DNA of 60,664 nucleotides, the filler included, from an uncultured bacterium (GTDB lineage: Bacteria > Auribacterota > CAZIXI01), in the NCBI GenBank assembly GCA_964543115.1. It is 4 parts of 4 records of this genome, joined end to end, with 100 filler letters (N's around TTAATTAATTAA, not from the genome) between each part and the next. Parts side by side here need not be neighbours in the genome. Positions count along the whole stretch, not along the records: positions 1 to 15,609 come from CAZIXI010000056.1; positions 15,710 to 30,698 come from CAZIXI010000058.1; 2 more parts are not named here. One strand, 5' to 3'. Every line of letters starts with the position of its first letter. Positions within the stretch are counted from its first letter, which is position 1. Of the stretch, positions 8,643 to 18,700 are shown piece by piece. The notes under the pieces were generated by a model, which was not told the origin of the DNA, made no database searches, and worked only from the letters and a program-made list of their open reading frames with translations. The position numbers were made by a program, and so were the translations under genes.

Positions 8643-10288
8643 GGTTTTTTCACCTTGCAGTGGATGCTGAATTCCAGCAGTTTTTTCTCTGCGTCTACTG
8701 TTTTTTCTTTGGAAAAATCCAGATAAACCTTATCTAAATAGGGTGATTCCTGCAGTTGTTGCATGAACAGGGTAATGTCTTTTTGGGGTGAAATATTACC
8801 CGGATGAACGAGGCCGGTAATTGTCAGGGAGAATCCTCCTTCGTTCATTTCTTGTTCCAGGACGAGACTGGTAAAAACAATATTGGCGGGGACCAGTCTG
8901 CCCAGTTCTTTAAGGATATCCTGCCAGAATGGTTCCCCGGCGACAAGCAGGTTGGTCAGGGCCATTTCATCGATGAGTTTATTAACGAGAGTAGAATGTT
9001 GCTTGAGTTTAATCTGCCAGGGTTGCAGCCCCTGGTACTGGTTTGTTACCTTTACCAGTTGTCTGTTTCTGAGGCAGCCGGGAATGGAGTTGACGAGATA
9101 AATAAGACCCAGGGCGCAAAGAAAAAAAGTCCATATTTTTTTCCATCTTTCTCGCTGTTTTTTCAGCTGCTTTTTTTCTTTTACCTCTGGCGGCAGGAGA
9201 TTAATAGCGGTTTCTTTAAGCAAGGCAGATCCCAGAGAACTGATTAATTCCGGGCCGGATTTATTCAAAGCGGCTTTTGCCTTATCCGTGATTTCCCAGG
9301 CATTCAGTTTGTCCGGGGCGGGAATGACTATCTGGCAGCCAATGTTTTTTTCTATATAGTTAGCCAGGCCGGGCAATTTTGCCGAGCCTCCGTAAACAAT
9401 ACCCAGGCTGATCGGGGCCTGACGATGTTCGCTGTTAAAGTATTCGATGATTCGCCGCAATTGTGTGGTAAATTCCTCCAGTGAAGGGCGCAGGGCGGCA
9501 AAAACATGTTGAGGTGTTATCTTTGACTCTTGCAATTCCGCTGAAACGGCAATGCCGTATTTACATTTAATTGTTTCAGCCTGTTCCTTATCCAGCTGGC
9601 GGCCGTTTTTAGCGGTTATGCGTTCACAGATAGCGGCAGTGAGTTTATTTCCGGCAAAGGGGAGTGTTCTGCTGAGTTCTAACTTATTATCTTTTATAAT
9701 CGCCAAAGATGTTTTTTCAGCTCCAATATTAAGCAGAATGGCCGATTGTGTGTCTGGTATTTCCGGGAGGTGTTTAACCGCTTGCCAGGCTGCTTGCGGT
9801 TCCAGGACGAAAGCCCGGGGCCTGAGATTCAGCGCTTGGCATAGGGATAGATATTCAGCGGCACTCTGCCGGGGAAAAGCGGCGACGGAAAATTCAATTT
9901 TATCTTCGTTTCCCTCTGGCCTTTTGTCCAGAAGCTGATAGTCAATAACCGCTTTTTCAAGTGGAAAGGAAATAATTTCCTTCAAGTGCCAGGGCATACT
10001 TGTCTGCAGCTGCTTGGTGTCCATAGCCGGTAGGAGGAGGTTGGTGGTTTCTGTTTGTTTATGAGAAATTATTATAATGGCCTCTTCGGCGAGAAGATAA
10101 GTTAAGTTTTCTTTAATAAATTTTATTAGAGCGGGGTTGGTTAGGGATAACTGTTTTGGTAGTTCAGCGGGATAGCTGATACAGGCTGCGTTTTTTATCT
10201 GAGGGAGCGGAACGGAAATATCCGCCTCAATAAATTTAAGGCAATTACTGCCTATATCTAGAATCAAAGTAGTTGGTGAGGGTTTCAT
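8639..10288 (-). CDS. PilM-PilN fusion protein
   Basis: Actin-like PilM motifs (LDIGS, NIGAEKT, GGSAKLPGL), then INLLP, a TM helix and a PilN-like ferredoxin domain, all in one 549-aa frame. Confidence 0.8.
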   Translation of the reverse strand: MKPSPTTLILDIGSNCLKFIEADISVPLPQIKNAACISYPAELPKQLSLTNPALIKFIKENLTYLLAEEAIIIISHKQTETTNLLLPAMDTKQLQTSMPWHLKEIISFPLEKAVIDYQLLDKRPEGNEDKIEFSVAAFPRQSAAEYLSLCQALNLRPRAFVLEPQAAWQAVKHLPEIPDTQSAILLNIGAEKTSLAIIKDNKLELSRTLPFAGNKLTAAICERITAKNGRQLDKEQAETIKCKYGIAVSAELQESKITPQHVFAALRPSLEEFTTQLRRIIEYFNSEHRQAPISLGIVYGGSAKLPGLANYIEKNIGCQIVIPAPDKLNAWEITDKAKAALNKSGPELISSLGSALLKETAINLLPPEVKEKKQLKKQRERWKKIWTFFLCALGLIYLVNSIPGCLRNRQLVKVTNQYQGLQPWQIKLKQHSTLVNKLIDEMALTNLLVAGEPFWQDILKELGRLVPANIVFTSLVLEQEMNEGGFSLTITGLVHPGNISPQKDITLFMQQLQESPYLDKVYLDFSKEKTVDAEKKLLEFSIHCKVKKP

Positions 10289-10695
10289 TATATTTCTTTC
10301 CAGTTCTGCCGGACTATTCTTCCCGGCACCAGGATTTTGTTTAGGGTTACCTCTATTATACGCTGAAAATCAGCCCGCTTGCCAGTGGATTTTATTGTCA
10401 CGGTATCATTAGTCTTTTGCAATGTTTCTACTTTATAGCTGCCGCCGGAAAAAGATGTTTCCGGCACCAGCAGAGAAGCGACTTGCGACCAGTCTGCTTC
10501 TTGTTTAAGCGTGGTCAGGGCAGCGCTAATTCCGCTTTCGGCGTAATAAAGGCACTGGGCAGATTTGTAATTTGTCTGGGCTATTTCCAGCCGGTTGTTG
10601 ACCAGGGTTAGATATGCAATGCCCAGGCTGGTGATGAGCAGGATAAGAAAAATTACCACAAAGAGAATAATTCCCTGGTTTTGATTGTTAGTCAT
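10288..10695 (-). CDS. PilX/GspK-like minor pilin
   Basis: Likely start MTNNQNQG|IILFVVIF, hydrophobic helix lacking E5, then AQCLYYAESGI (PilX N-terminal pattern). Confidence 0.7.
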   Translation of the reverse strand: MTNNQNQGIILFVVIFLILLITSLGIAYLTLVNNRLEIAQTNYKSAQCLYYAESGISAALTTLKQEADWSQVASLLVPETSFSGGSYKVETLQKTNDTVTIKSTGKRADFQRIIEVTLNKILVPGRIVRQNWKEI

Positions 10696-11113
10696 AGTTT
10701 CTGGGCGCCGCTCCGCTCTGCAGTGCCAGTTGCCGGTCATTGTTGCTTATTGTGAGTCTGATGGAAACAAAGTTTATCGCCAGCGGATCATCATACCCTA
10801 AGGCAAATTTTGTAACATTCTGGCTGAGGGTTTCCTGGTTACGCAGGAGATTTTTCCCCTGGAGCAGGTAGCTGGTTGTATCGGTAAAGGTAATCGAGTT
10901 GTTAGTTGCCGTGGCGATTGTTTTTTCTCTGATGTCTCTGGTCAGCCATAACAGGGCCAGTTGCCCTTCATCTATGCGGCTGTTGAGTCTTTCTGTGCGG
11001 GTCCAGACGGTTAGCGTGCCGGTAAAAACGGCGCCGATGGCGGCCAGCACCAGGGCGCTGAGTCCGGCGGTTAGAATAAGCTCTATCAGTGTGAATCCGT
11101 TTTTTCTTTTCAT
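10688..11113 (-). CDS. PilW/GspJ-like minor pilin
   Basis: Class III signal MKRKNG|FTLIE; start overlaps the upstream stop (TGATG). Confidence 0.75.
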   Translation of the reverse strand: MKRKNGFTLIELILTAGLSALVLAAIGAVFTGTLTVWTRTERLNSRIDEGQLALLWLTRDIREKTIATATNNSITFTDTTSYLLQGKNLLRNQETLSQNVTKFALGYDDPLAINFVSIRLTISNNDRQLALQSGAAPRNYD

Positions 11114-11502
11114 CAGGGAGTGATTGATGGATCGGTGACCAGACAATAAAGTTTAAGATTAGTTATTTGCGGTCCGGAAACTGTAACGGTGATCAGTTTT
11201 TGCCGGGGATTACCCTGATAGTTTTCCGTGACCACAGAACTTCTGCTGAACAGGCCGACGCTTGCTGACGGAGTGTCGGTCATGAGGGTAAAATCCCGGC
11301 TCAGAGTCTGTTCCAGCAGTTCCTGGCCCAGGCCCTGGGCTATACTCATATTCTCTCCCTTTTTAGCGTTACGAATGCCGATGGCGAAGATACCGTTGGC
11401 CCCGGCGAGAATAGTGACAATAAACGCGACAGCGATAACGATCTCCACCAGGGAGAAGGCCTGTCGGCGGATAAATAGGGGAAAATATTTTTTAGTGCCC
11501 AT
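11113..11502 (-). CDS. PilV/GspI-like minor pilin
   Basis: Class III-like signal RRQA|FSLVE followed by a hydrophobic helix. Confidence 0.7.
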   Translation of the reverse strand: MGTKKYFPLFIRRQAFSLVEIVIAVAFIVTILAGANGIFAIGIRNAKKGENMSIAQGLGQELLEQTLSRDFTLMTDTPSASVGLFSRSSVVTENYQGNPRQKLITVTVSGPQITNLKLYCLVTDPSITP

Positions 11503-11967
11503 TTATTGTATTGTTGTTTGTCCTAAATCTGTTATGTTAATTGTTTTACTCAAGCCTTTGTTGTTTACCTTAATTGTTGCCGCGGCTGTTGCTCCCCGGA
11601 AATCAAAGATTGCCGTTTTCGGGCCGGAAGTTAGTTTGGTTCCACTGTTAAAGAGGATCTTACCGGTACTGTGTTTGCTGCCTGGAACCACCACCGCCGC
11701 TAAAGCGCTGCCCGTGGCGCTGAAAGGGCTCAGTTGATAATAACCTGAGTAAAAACTAAGACCGTAATAACGGTAACCTTTGCGTTGAGCGATGGCATAT
11801 TGTCGGGCCAGATGAAGGTTGGAGACGAGCAGTTTGGTGTCGTTGTCCAGATTCCGTTTGTTGGAATTGGTTGCCAGCCGGGGAGCGAGTGCTCCCGCAA
11901 GCACAAAGATAATAGCAATGACAATAAGTAATTCGACTAAAGTAAATCCTTTTACCTTAACAGTCAT
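11503..11967 (-). CDS. FimT/GspH-like minor pilin
   Basis: KG|FTLVE signal, LHLARQYAI helix, and C-terminal FDFRG..TI.V...KTINITDLG beta pattern. Confidence 0.75.
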   Translation of the reverse strand: MTVKVKGFTLVELLIVIAIIFVLAGALAPRLATNSNKRNLDNDTKLLVSNLHLARQYAIAQRKGYRYYGLSFYSGYYQLSPFSATGSALAAVVVPGSKHSTGKILFNSGTKLTSGPKTAIFDFRGATAAATIKVNNKGLSKTINITDLGQTTIQ

Positions 11968-12476
11968 TAGTTAAATCTGTGCACAAGGATAACTATGTCA
12001 TCACCGGTGGCCTCGCCTTTATACCAGGAGCCGCCTGATTGCCACCTATTGTTTGGTCCGCTAGAGAGTACTGCTAAGCCACCTGTAGCGGCACTGGCAT
12101 AAATATTATATTCTGTTCCCCACGGAGTCTCGGGCAGAGTGCTGTAAGCTACCAGATAGGGGCCGTTCCAATTCGCTTTAACCTCAGCTAGCTCTGCTGC
12201 GGACAACCTGTTACCGTTGTCATCGAGTGCCTTGATATTGGCACTGTCGATTAGTCCGGCATCACTGCCCCAGGAGTTTGCATAGAACCATGCTCCGGTA
12301 TCGGCATAAGCCGCGCGCAGGGCTGAAGCAATTTGTTCCATTTCTGCTGAGGCCTTGGCAATTTTGGCCTTTTCTCCGGAACTACTCATCCTGGCTGTTA
12401 AGGCGCCGGCCAGGATCATGATAATAGCGATCACGATCATTAATTCCATTAAGGTAAAACCTTTATGCCTTTGCAT
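11967..12476 (-). CDS. Major pilin/pseudopilin with GspG-like C-terminal domain
   Basis: AGGAGG RBS before MQRHKG|FTLME; GPYL, TPWG.EY, SSGP and DDI motifs resemble T2SS GspG. Confidence 0.8.
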   Translation of the reverse strand: MQRHKGFTLMELMIVIAIIMILAGALTARMSSSGEKAKIAKASAEMEQIASALRAAYADTGAWFYANSWGSDAGLIDSANIKALDDNGNRLSAAELAEVKANWNGPYLVAYSTLPETPWGTEYNIYASAATGGLAVLSSGPNNRWQSGGSWYKGEATGDDIVILVHRFN

Positions 12477-12501
12477 ACAATCACCTCCTATGTAATATGT
12501 T

Positions 12502-12517
12502 AGCAAGTTTCATGCCA
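12502..12517 (-). promoter_or_regulatory. Sigma54 (-24/-12) promoter for the pilin-to-pilZ genes
   Basis: Minus strand TGGCATGAAACTTGCT versus consensus TGGCACG-N4-TTGCW, with an exact 10-nt GG-to-GC spacing, about 25 nt upstream of the pilin ATG. Confidence 0.7.
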
Positions 12518-12639
12518 TATATGAACAATCGCAAATTTTAGCTTTGCAAATGGTTATAGAAAAAAAACATATTTTTGTCTAGTTTTGATACTTAATTAAT
12601 GTTCATTATCTAGACATTTAATCAGCCAAAGCTTCGGCC

Positions 12640-13848
12640 TTATAAGCCGGTCATCATGCTGAATATGGGAACGATGATAGAATAAACCAAACAACCGACT
12701 ATTATTCCGACGGAAATGATTATTACCGGTTCCAAGAGTGAAGTGAGATTTTTTACCGCATAATCGGTGTCACGTTCATAGATATCGGCTATATGGGCCA
12801 GCATATTGCTGAGGTTACCGCTGCTTTCTCCTACTGCCAGAATGTGAATAATATCTTTGGGAAACAGGGGATTTTCCTCTAACATGGCGGCAAGAGATTT
12901 CCCCTTGGTAACTCCCTCTTTAACGGTGCGGAGGGCCTCAGCATAAATGGAGTTACCGGTTGCCTGTTGGGCAATCTCCAGGGATTTAATAATCGGTACA
13001 CCACTGGTGTATAAGGTACCCAGGGTGCGGGCAAAACGGGCCAGGGCTATTTTGTTAATCAGTGTACCGACCAGGGGCAGGCGGAGTTTTAGCCGGTCCA
13101 GGAATTTCCTGCCCCGGGCAAAACGCGGGAGCAGGGCCAGTAAGGTAACCATGATAATCATGATTGTTGTTAGGAGAACGCTATTATTGCCAAAAAAGTG
13201 GCCGATTGAGACCAGAATCTGTGTTGCTGTGGGCAGAGGGACATTGGCCTTATCAAAGAGAGTAACAAATTTAGGCAGGAGGAAGGTGAGGAAAATAAAC
13301 ACTAGCGCGATAGCGGCAATGATAATTATAGCAGGATAGATCAAAGCAGAAATTACCTTTTTGTGCAGGGATACCTGTTTATCGGTAAAGGCCGCGTATT
13401 CCTCCAACACTTCCACCAGCCGGCCGGAGGCTTCACCGCTTTGTACAACGTTGAGCAATAGTTCCGGGAATATCTTTGGGTATAGCGCCAGACTTTGCGA
13501 GAGGCTGTTACCCGCCAGGATATTACGGTGAACATCAGCAATTATATTCTGAAATTTTTTGTTATTTAATTGTTCTCTTACCGCTTCCAGGCTGCCGGCC
13601 AGCGGTACGCCGGCCCGCAGCATACTGGATAATTTAACATAAAAGTTTACCTTATCCATGGATCTAATACGGGAAAGTTTTGCGCCGACATCCAGCGCAA
13701 AAATTCCGGGGGACTCGGCGTTAATCTCGATAATCGTATATCCCATGGCGTTTAATTTTTCCGCCACGGCCTGGGGCCGGGCCTGTTCCATCTTACCGTT
13801 GATGGTTTTCCCGGATTTGTCTTTTACCGTATAAATATAATGCGGCAT
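12640..13848 (-). CDS. pilC: Inner-membrane platform protein PilC/GspF
   Basis: Two T2SSF repeats (SMLRAGVPL..GEASGRL and YTSGVPI..GESSGNL) and LIYP / LLEP helices. Confidence 0.93.
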   Translation of the reverse strand: MPHYIYTVKDKSGKTINGKMEQARPQAVAEKLNAMGYTIIEINAESPGIFALDVGAKLSRIRSMDKVNFYVKLSSMLRAGVPLAGSLEAVREQLNNKKFQNIIADVHRNILAGNSLSQSLALYPKIFPELLLNVVQSGEASGRLVEVLEEYAAFTDKQVSLHKKVISALIYPAIIIIAAIALVFIFLTFLLPKFVTLFDKANVPLPTATQILVSIGHFFGNNSVLLTTIMIIMVTLLALLPRFARGRKFLDRLKLRLPLVGTLINKIALARFARTLGTLYTSGVPIIKSLEIAQQATGNSIYAEALRTVKEGVTKGKSLAAMLEENPLFPKDIIHILAVGESSGNLSNMLAHIADIYERDTDYAVKNLTSLLEPVIIISVGIIVGCLVYSIIVPIFSMMTGL

Positions 13849-13880
13849 ATGGCCTCTTGTTAATACAAAGACACTAAGTT

Positions 13881-15563
13881 TTAAGTAACTCTGAGGATCT
13901 CCTCAATCGTTGTTTGGCCGGCTTTGACCTTATTGATGCCGTCTTCGCGCATGGTGATCATTCCTTCTTTGCAGGCGGCGGCTTTAAGTTCAGTTGAGGA
14001 AACCCGCTGGAGAATAAGATCGATCAACGTATCATTAAGCACAATCAATTCCGAAACCATTGCCCGGCCACTGTAGCCGGTCTTTAAACATTGATTACAG
14101 CCTTTACCGCGGTAAAATTTGCTGTTTCCGGGCAAGTTCAGGTCAGCTAATGTGTTTTCCGCCGGGGTATAGGCTTCTTTGCAGTGCGGACAGATTAGGC
14201 GTACCAGCCGCTGGGCCAGAAAACCGAGAACAGATGAAGTAATCAGAAACGGTTCAATACCCATATCAATTAAACGGGTAGCGGCGCTGGGCGCGTCATT
14301 GGTGTGCAGGGTGCTGAACACCAGATGGCCGGTGAGCGCGGCCTGGACTGCGGTTTCCGCGGTTTCCAGATCCCGGATTTCCCCGACCATGATTACATCG
14401 GGATCGTGCCGCAGAACAGAACGCAGGCCGGAGGAAAAGGTAAAACCGGCCTTGGGATTGATCTGTGATTGCCGGATGCCGTCAATCTGGTATTCAATCG
14501 GGTCTTCGATGGTAATAATCTTTCTTTCCGGAGTGTTGATTTTACTCAGGGCCGAATAAAGTGTAGTGGTTTTACCGCTGCCTGTGGGGCCGGTGACCAG
14601 AATGATACCGTTAGGGGCCTGGATGAGTGACTGGAATTTTTCCTGATTATCCGGGGAGAAACCCAGCTTTTCCAGGTCAACCATAGCGCTGGTTTTATCC
14701 AAAATACGCAGGACAATATCTTCGCCAAAAGAACCGGGATAGGTGGAAACCCGCAGATCAATGTCTTTATTGGCAACCCTGGTTTGGATGCGGCCATCCT
14801 GCGGGATGCGTTTCTGGGCAATATCCAATTCGGCCAGGATCTTAATGCGGGAAATAACCGCTGCCTGTAATATCTTGGGTAGTTTAGTAGCCTTTTGCAG
14901 CAGCCCGTCAATACGCAGCCGGGAGATTACTCCTTTTTCTTCCGGCTCAATGTGAATATCACTGGCTCCGCGGCGAACCGCGTCTTCAATAATCAAATCC
15001 ACTACTTTAACTACCGGCGCCTCACTGATCAGTTTACGGATACTTTCAGGTGTCTCTCCTTTTTCTTTTATTTCCGCCGTTATGGCGGAAAGGTCAAATC
15101 CACCCAGCACTTCTTCCAGGGAAGAAACAGCGCCGTAATATTTTTCAATTAGCCGTTCAATGCCGGCGGGATCAGCCATTACTGTTTTAATTTCGTATTG
15201 TACCTTACGTTTAAGAATATCCAGGGCCTGGAAATCCAATGGGTCAATCATAGCCACGGTGAGATTATTCAGTACTTTGAATAAGGGAAATAGTTTATAC
15301 TTTTTGCTAATTGCTTCCGGCACAGTTTCGGTTATTTCCGGATGGATGACAAAGGCATTGAGGTCAACATAGGGAATATCCAGTAATTCGGCAAGATATG
15401 GAGCCAACTGTCCCGGGGTGAGAAAGTCTTCGCTAATCAGTACTTCTTTTAAGGGCCGGCCGGAGCGCTGGCACTGGCTCAGGGCGTTATTGATTTGCGT
15501 CTGGGTAAGGGCCTGACGGTCTAAGAGTATCTGTTCTAGAGTCTTTTTCTCTTTTTTAGCCAT
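13881..15563 (-). CDS. pilB: Assembly ATPase PilB/GspE
   Basis: ASDIHIEP, Walker A GPTGSGKTT, TIEDPIEY, LRHDPDVIMVGEIRD, TGHLVFSTLHTN, and CPHC/CNQC zinc motif. Confidence 0.95.
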   Translation of the reverse strand: MAKKEKKTLEQILLDRQALTQTQINNALSQCQRSGRPLKEVLISEDFLTPGQLAPYLAELLDIPYVDLNAFVIHPEITETVPEAISKKYKLFPLFKVLNNLTVAMIDPLDFQALDILKRKVQYEIKTVMADPAGIERLIEKYYGAVSSLEEVLGGFDLSAITAEIKEKGETPESIRKLISEAPVVKVVDLIIEDAVRRGASDIHIEPEEKGVISRLRIDGLLQKATKLPKILQAAVISRIKILAELDIAQKRIPQDGRIQTRVANKDIDLRVSTYPGSFGEDIVLRILDKTSAMVDLEKLGFSPDNQEKFQSLIQAPNGIILVTGPTGSGKTTTLYSALSKINTPERKIITIEDPIEYQIDGIRQSQINPKAGFTFSSGLRSVLRHDPDVIMVGEIRDLETAETAVQAALTGHLVFSTLHTNDAPSAATRLIDMGIEPFLITSSVLGFLAQRLVRLICPHCKEAYTPAENTLADLNLPGNSKFYRGKGCNQCLKTGYSGRAMVSELIVLNDTLIDLILQRVSSTELKAAACKEGMITMREDGINKVKAGQTTIEEILRVT

Positions 15564-15572
15564 CGGCTAAAA

Positions 15573-15602
15573 ATTATACAGCATAAGTAGTGGTTTTGTC
15601 AA
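15573..15602 (-). promoter_or_regulatory. Sigma70-type promoter for pilB
   Basis: Minus strand: perfect TTGACA (15602-15597), 18-nt spacer, perfect TATAAT (15578-15573). Confidence 0.75.
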
Positions 15603-15609
15603 GGAAATT

Positions 15610-15709
15610 NNNNNNNNNNNNNNNNNNNNNNNNNNNNNNNNNNNNNNNNNNNNTTAATTAATTAANNNNNNNNNNNNNNNNNNNNNNNNNNNNNNNNNNN
15701 NNNNNNNNN
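15610..15709. other. Artificial contig linker
   Basis: 44 N + TTAATTAATTAA (stops in all six frames) + 44 N. Confidence 0.97.
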
Positions 15710-15710
15710 G

Positions 15711-18700
15711 CTGTATTCAGTCGGTGTAGAAAGCGGCTGGATGCCAATTGGCGAAAGAGCTGTAGTAACTCAATCGGACTACAACGTTGTTTACAGAATC
15801 GGCGAGCAGTCGGCGATGGATTTTTTCAAACATTATCTCGGTGAAGGCAATTGGTATCCTATTAGTGAATATCCGCTGGCGGTTTTCGATGAGGATAATG
15901 AAGACTTTTGTTTACGCTCTTCCTTAATGAGTGATGAGGAGAAAGGAAGCATCACGTATACCGGACCGATACGCGAGGGCACCGCCGTCCAGATTACCCA
16001 TACAACAAGAGATAAAATCGTAGAGGCCGCTAGGAAGTCGGTCGATACCGCGATAGCGGAATACCCGGGGACCAACCCTATACTTGCGCTTTGTTTTTCA
16101 TGCACGTGCCGGAAGCAATTATTAGGCACAAGGATCGGAGAAGAATACGAAATGTACCGGCTCCTGAACGTTAACCGGGCCGGGATCCGAGAGAATATGG
16201 ATGGCCTACTGAATTCTTCCTACGAGCAGGGAGACGAGTATTATATGCTGACCTATCGCTCTAAGGCGTTTGCCGTGAGGAAGGTTACCCATAGCGGTGA
16301 GGAGATTATTTTTCCCTTACACCGGGACGGAGTCTTGCTTGATCACCGGCAGGTAAAGAGGGTGCTGAATGATTATTTGGATTTGAAAAAGGGAAAAGAA
16401 AAACCCTGGGTGGTTGAGTATAGCCATTTGCTGGCCGAAGATATCAAATTGGGAGGAACCAAGTGCGCCAAACTCGCCTGGGCCTTTAACCGTCAAATCC
16501 CGAATCCGCCGGGATTTAATATCTCCCAATACGGCCATTTGGGATACTTGCAACATAACCCGCGGCTCTTAGAAGCCCTGCAGGGGATCAAGGAACTGGA
16601 TGTAATGGATGTGAAACAGCGGAAGCGGTTCTCCGAACGGGTAAAGAAACTGATGATGGAGGAGACTGAATTACCAAGCTTTTTCCTGCACAATATAAAA
16701 CTCCTGATCACAAAATACAGCCGTGATTTGGGTTATGATGTGGATAACGGCGAATATGCCAGTTTTGCCTACCGCGGCTCCGGATTAATGGAAGATTTTG
16801 AAGGTAAGGTCCCCTGGTTTAAGAAGAGTATTGGAGCCCAGCCGGGGCAAGGGACAACGATATTGAACAAAAACGGTACCGATATCGCCGAAGAGGCGGT
16901 AATTGAGGCCCTGGCCGGATTATTTAATGATCAGTTGTTTATCTATCGTGATATTCAGGTATTTTTCGGTTTTGTCGGTAAAATGACCGAAGAACAAGGA
17001 GGAGAGGGAGAAGCGGAATACCGTAAATTCATCGCGGCGGTAAGAGATGTTGGTTTTGAAGAGGTGGCGCTGGCCCTGGAAACTGAAAATTCTCCCGGAT
17101 ATGTCAGATTGAGAGAGGCGCTGGCGGCCGTGGAAGAGCAAAAACCGGAATTAAACAGCTATCAATGGCTGGCAAAACTCGATGCCTGGGCAACACAGGT
17201 ATTGGATCCGATGGAGTTATTAACCGGAGTTGCCATTCTAGAACAGCTTGATGTTTATGTCTCAGGAACATCATTTACCAGCAATCTGGCCAAGATGAGG
17301 GATGGTTCTACCTATGCCCGGAAACAGGGCAAGTTTCCCCAGCAGAAAGGCGATTCTTTCGCTGGGTATACCAGATGCATCAGACACAATATGGGACCGG
17401 GAACCGGCCCCGGTATTGTGGAAGGAAAGTTTGAACCGAATATTCTTGGTTTTTTCCTGCCGGATCCGGATGGACAGACCGCCGACGGGCACCGCTGGGC
17501 CTGTGAGGATTTTATTGTGGGTTCAAAACAAATGCGGATGGTCTATATGGAACATGGTTATCAGGCAATTGCCGATCGGTTTAGCGAAGAGGAGATTGAC
17601 CGGATCGTCGCCGCCTACGGGGTATTTCGCGCCGCTCCCAGTGATGTGGGAAGGAATACGCTGCGAAACCGGGCAATGGATGATTTAACCACCTCTTTAG
17701 GTATCGAGATTGAGGACCTGGGGGATTGGATAAAGGCCATGCACGATGTCTGGTATTATTATGAAAAACCGGAACATCATAAGTGTTCCCCCGAACGGAA
17801 AGAGGAGCTCTTAAGCAAGGCAAATTTGAGTGAAGATCAGTTTTTTATTCTGGCCCATATTATTAAACACAAACACAAGATTGATACGGATTATGACACA
17901 ATGACTTACCTGCCTAATCCGCCGCACATCCGCAGGAGCAGTTTGTTGCCGGCTGAGGCAATCGAGGTTTTAAATGAGATGATCGCTCAAATCGGCAATC
18001 TCAATGCCGAAGAAAGATATAACGAGGGCCGTGCTGATTGGGTGGACAGGCGTGATATCGAATGGGCCTTCGCCGTTTGCGCGGCAGATGATCCAACCCC
18101 GGATAAATATAAGTTCTGTCTTGCACCCGGTGAGGGTTTTGACCCAATAACCGGGAAACCGAATGAGGAAGAGATCTGGATAAAATTGTGCCATCTACAG
18201 AACCGGCCGATCAATCCGGAGAAGGAAGCGGAGAAACCGGATGATCTAATTCTGGAAAAGAAAAAGCTTGATGAGGATTATATCAAGGCACAGGGGATAA
18301 AACCATTGGCAACTGATGGCTTAGATGGTTTCAGCGCCGCGGAGGGGATCGCCTATATTGTTGATCCTTATAAAGATCTGGCGGTTCAGGAAGAAGAGAT
18401 CCGAAAAATGGTGGCTGGCAAACAAAAGGTCATTCCAATATTAGAAGAAATGGGGCCGGAACATGATGTGATTGTGGCCGCTGCCGGAGCGGCGATTGTC
18501 TGGCGGGGTAATGATACCTCCCATGCCTATATATTCAGTCTGGAGCAACGAATTCCTATCTGTATCGGGGTAAAGATGGTAGCGGGGATGCCGCGCATCG
18601 AGCACGGACAGCCCCTGGTAGTCGATGGCGAGAACGGCACGGTCTGGCCGGCCGGAGTACCGCTGTTGGATGATGATTTAAAGATAAGGGTTGATCTGCT

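Noticed and set aside
12592..12599. TTAATTAA in the pilC-pilin spacer as another linker
   Set aside because: It is an 8-mer with no flanking N, within an A/T-rich promoter region.
15560..15750. Pilus/T2SS cluster lying divergently next to the giant PEP-synthase-like gene
   Set aside because: They are separated by an artificial linker, so adjacency is not evidence of linkage.
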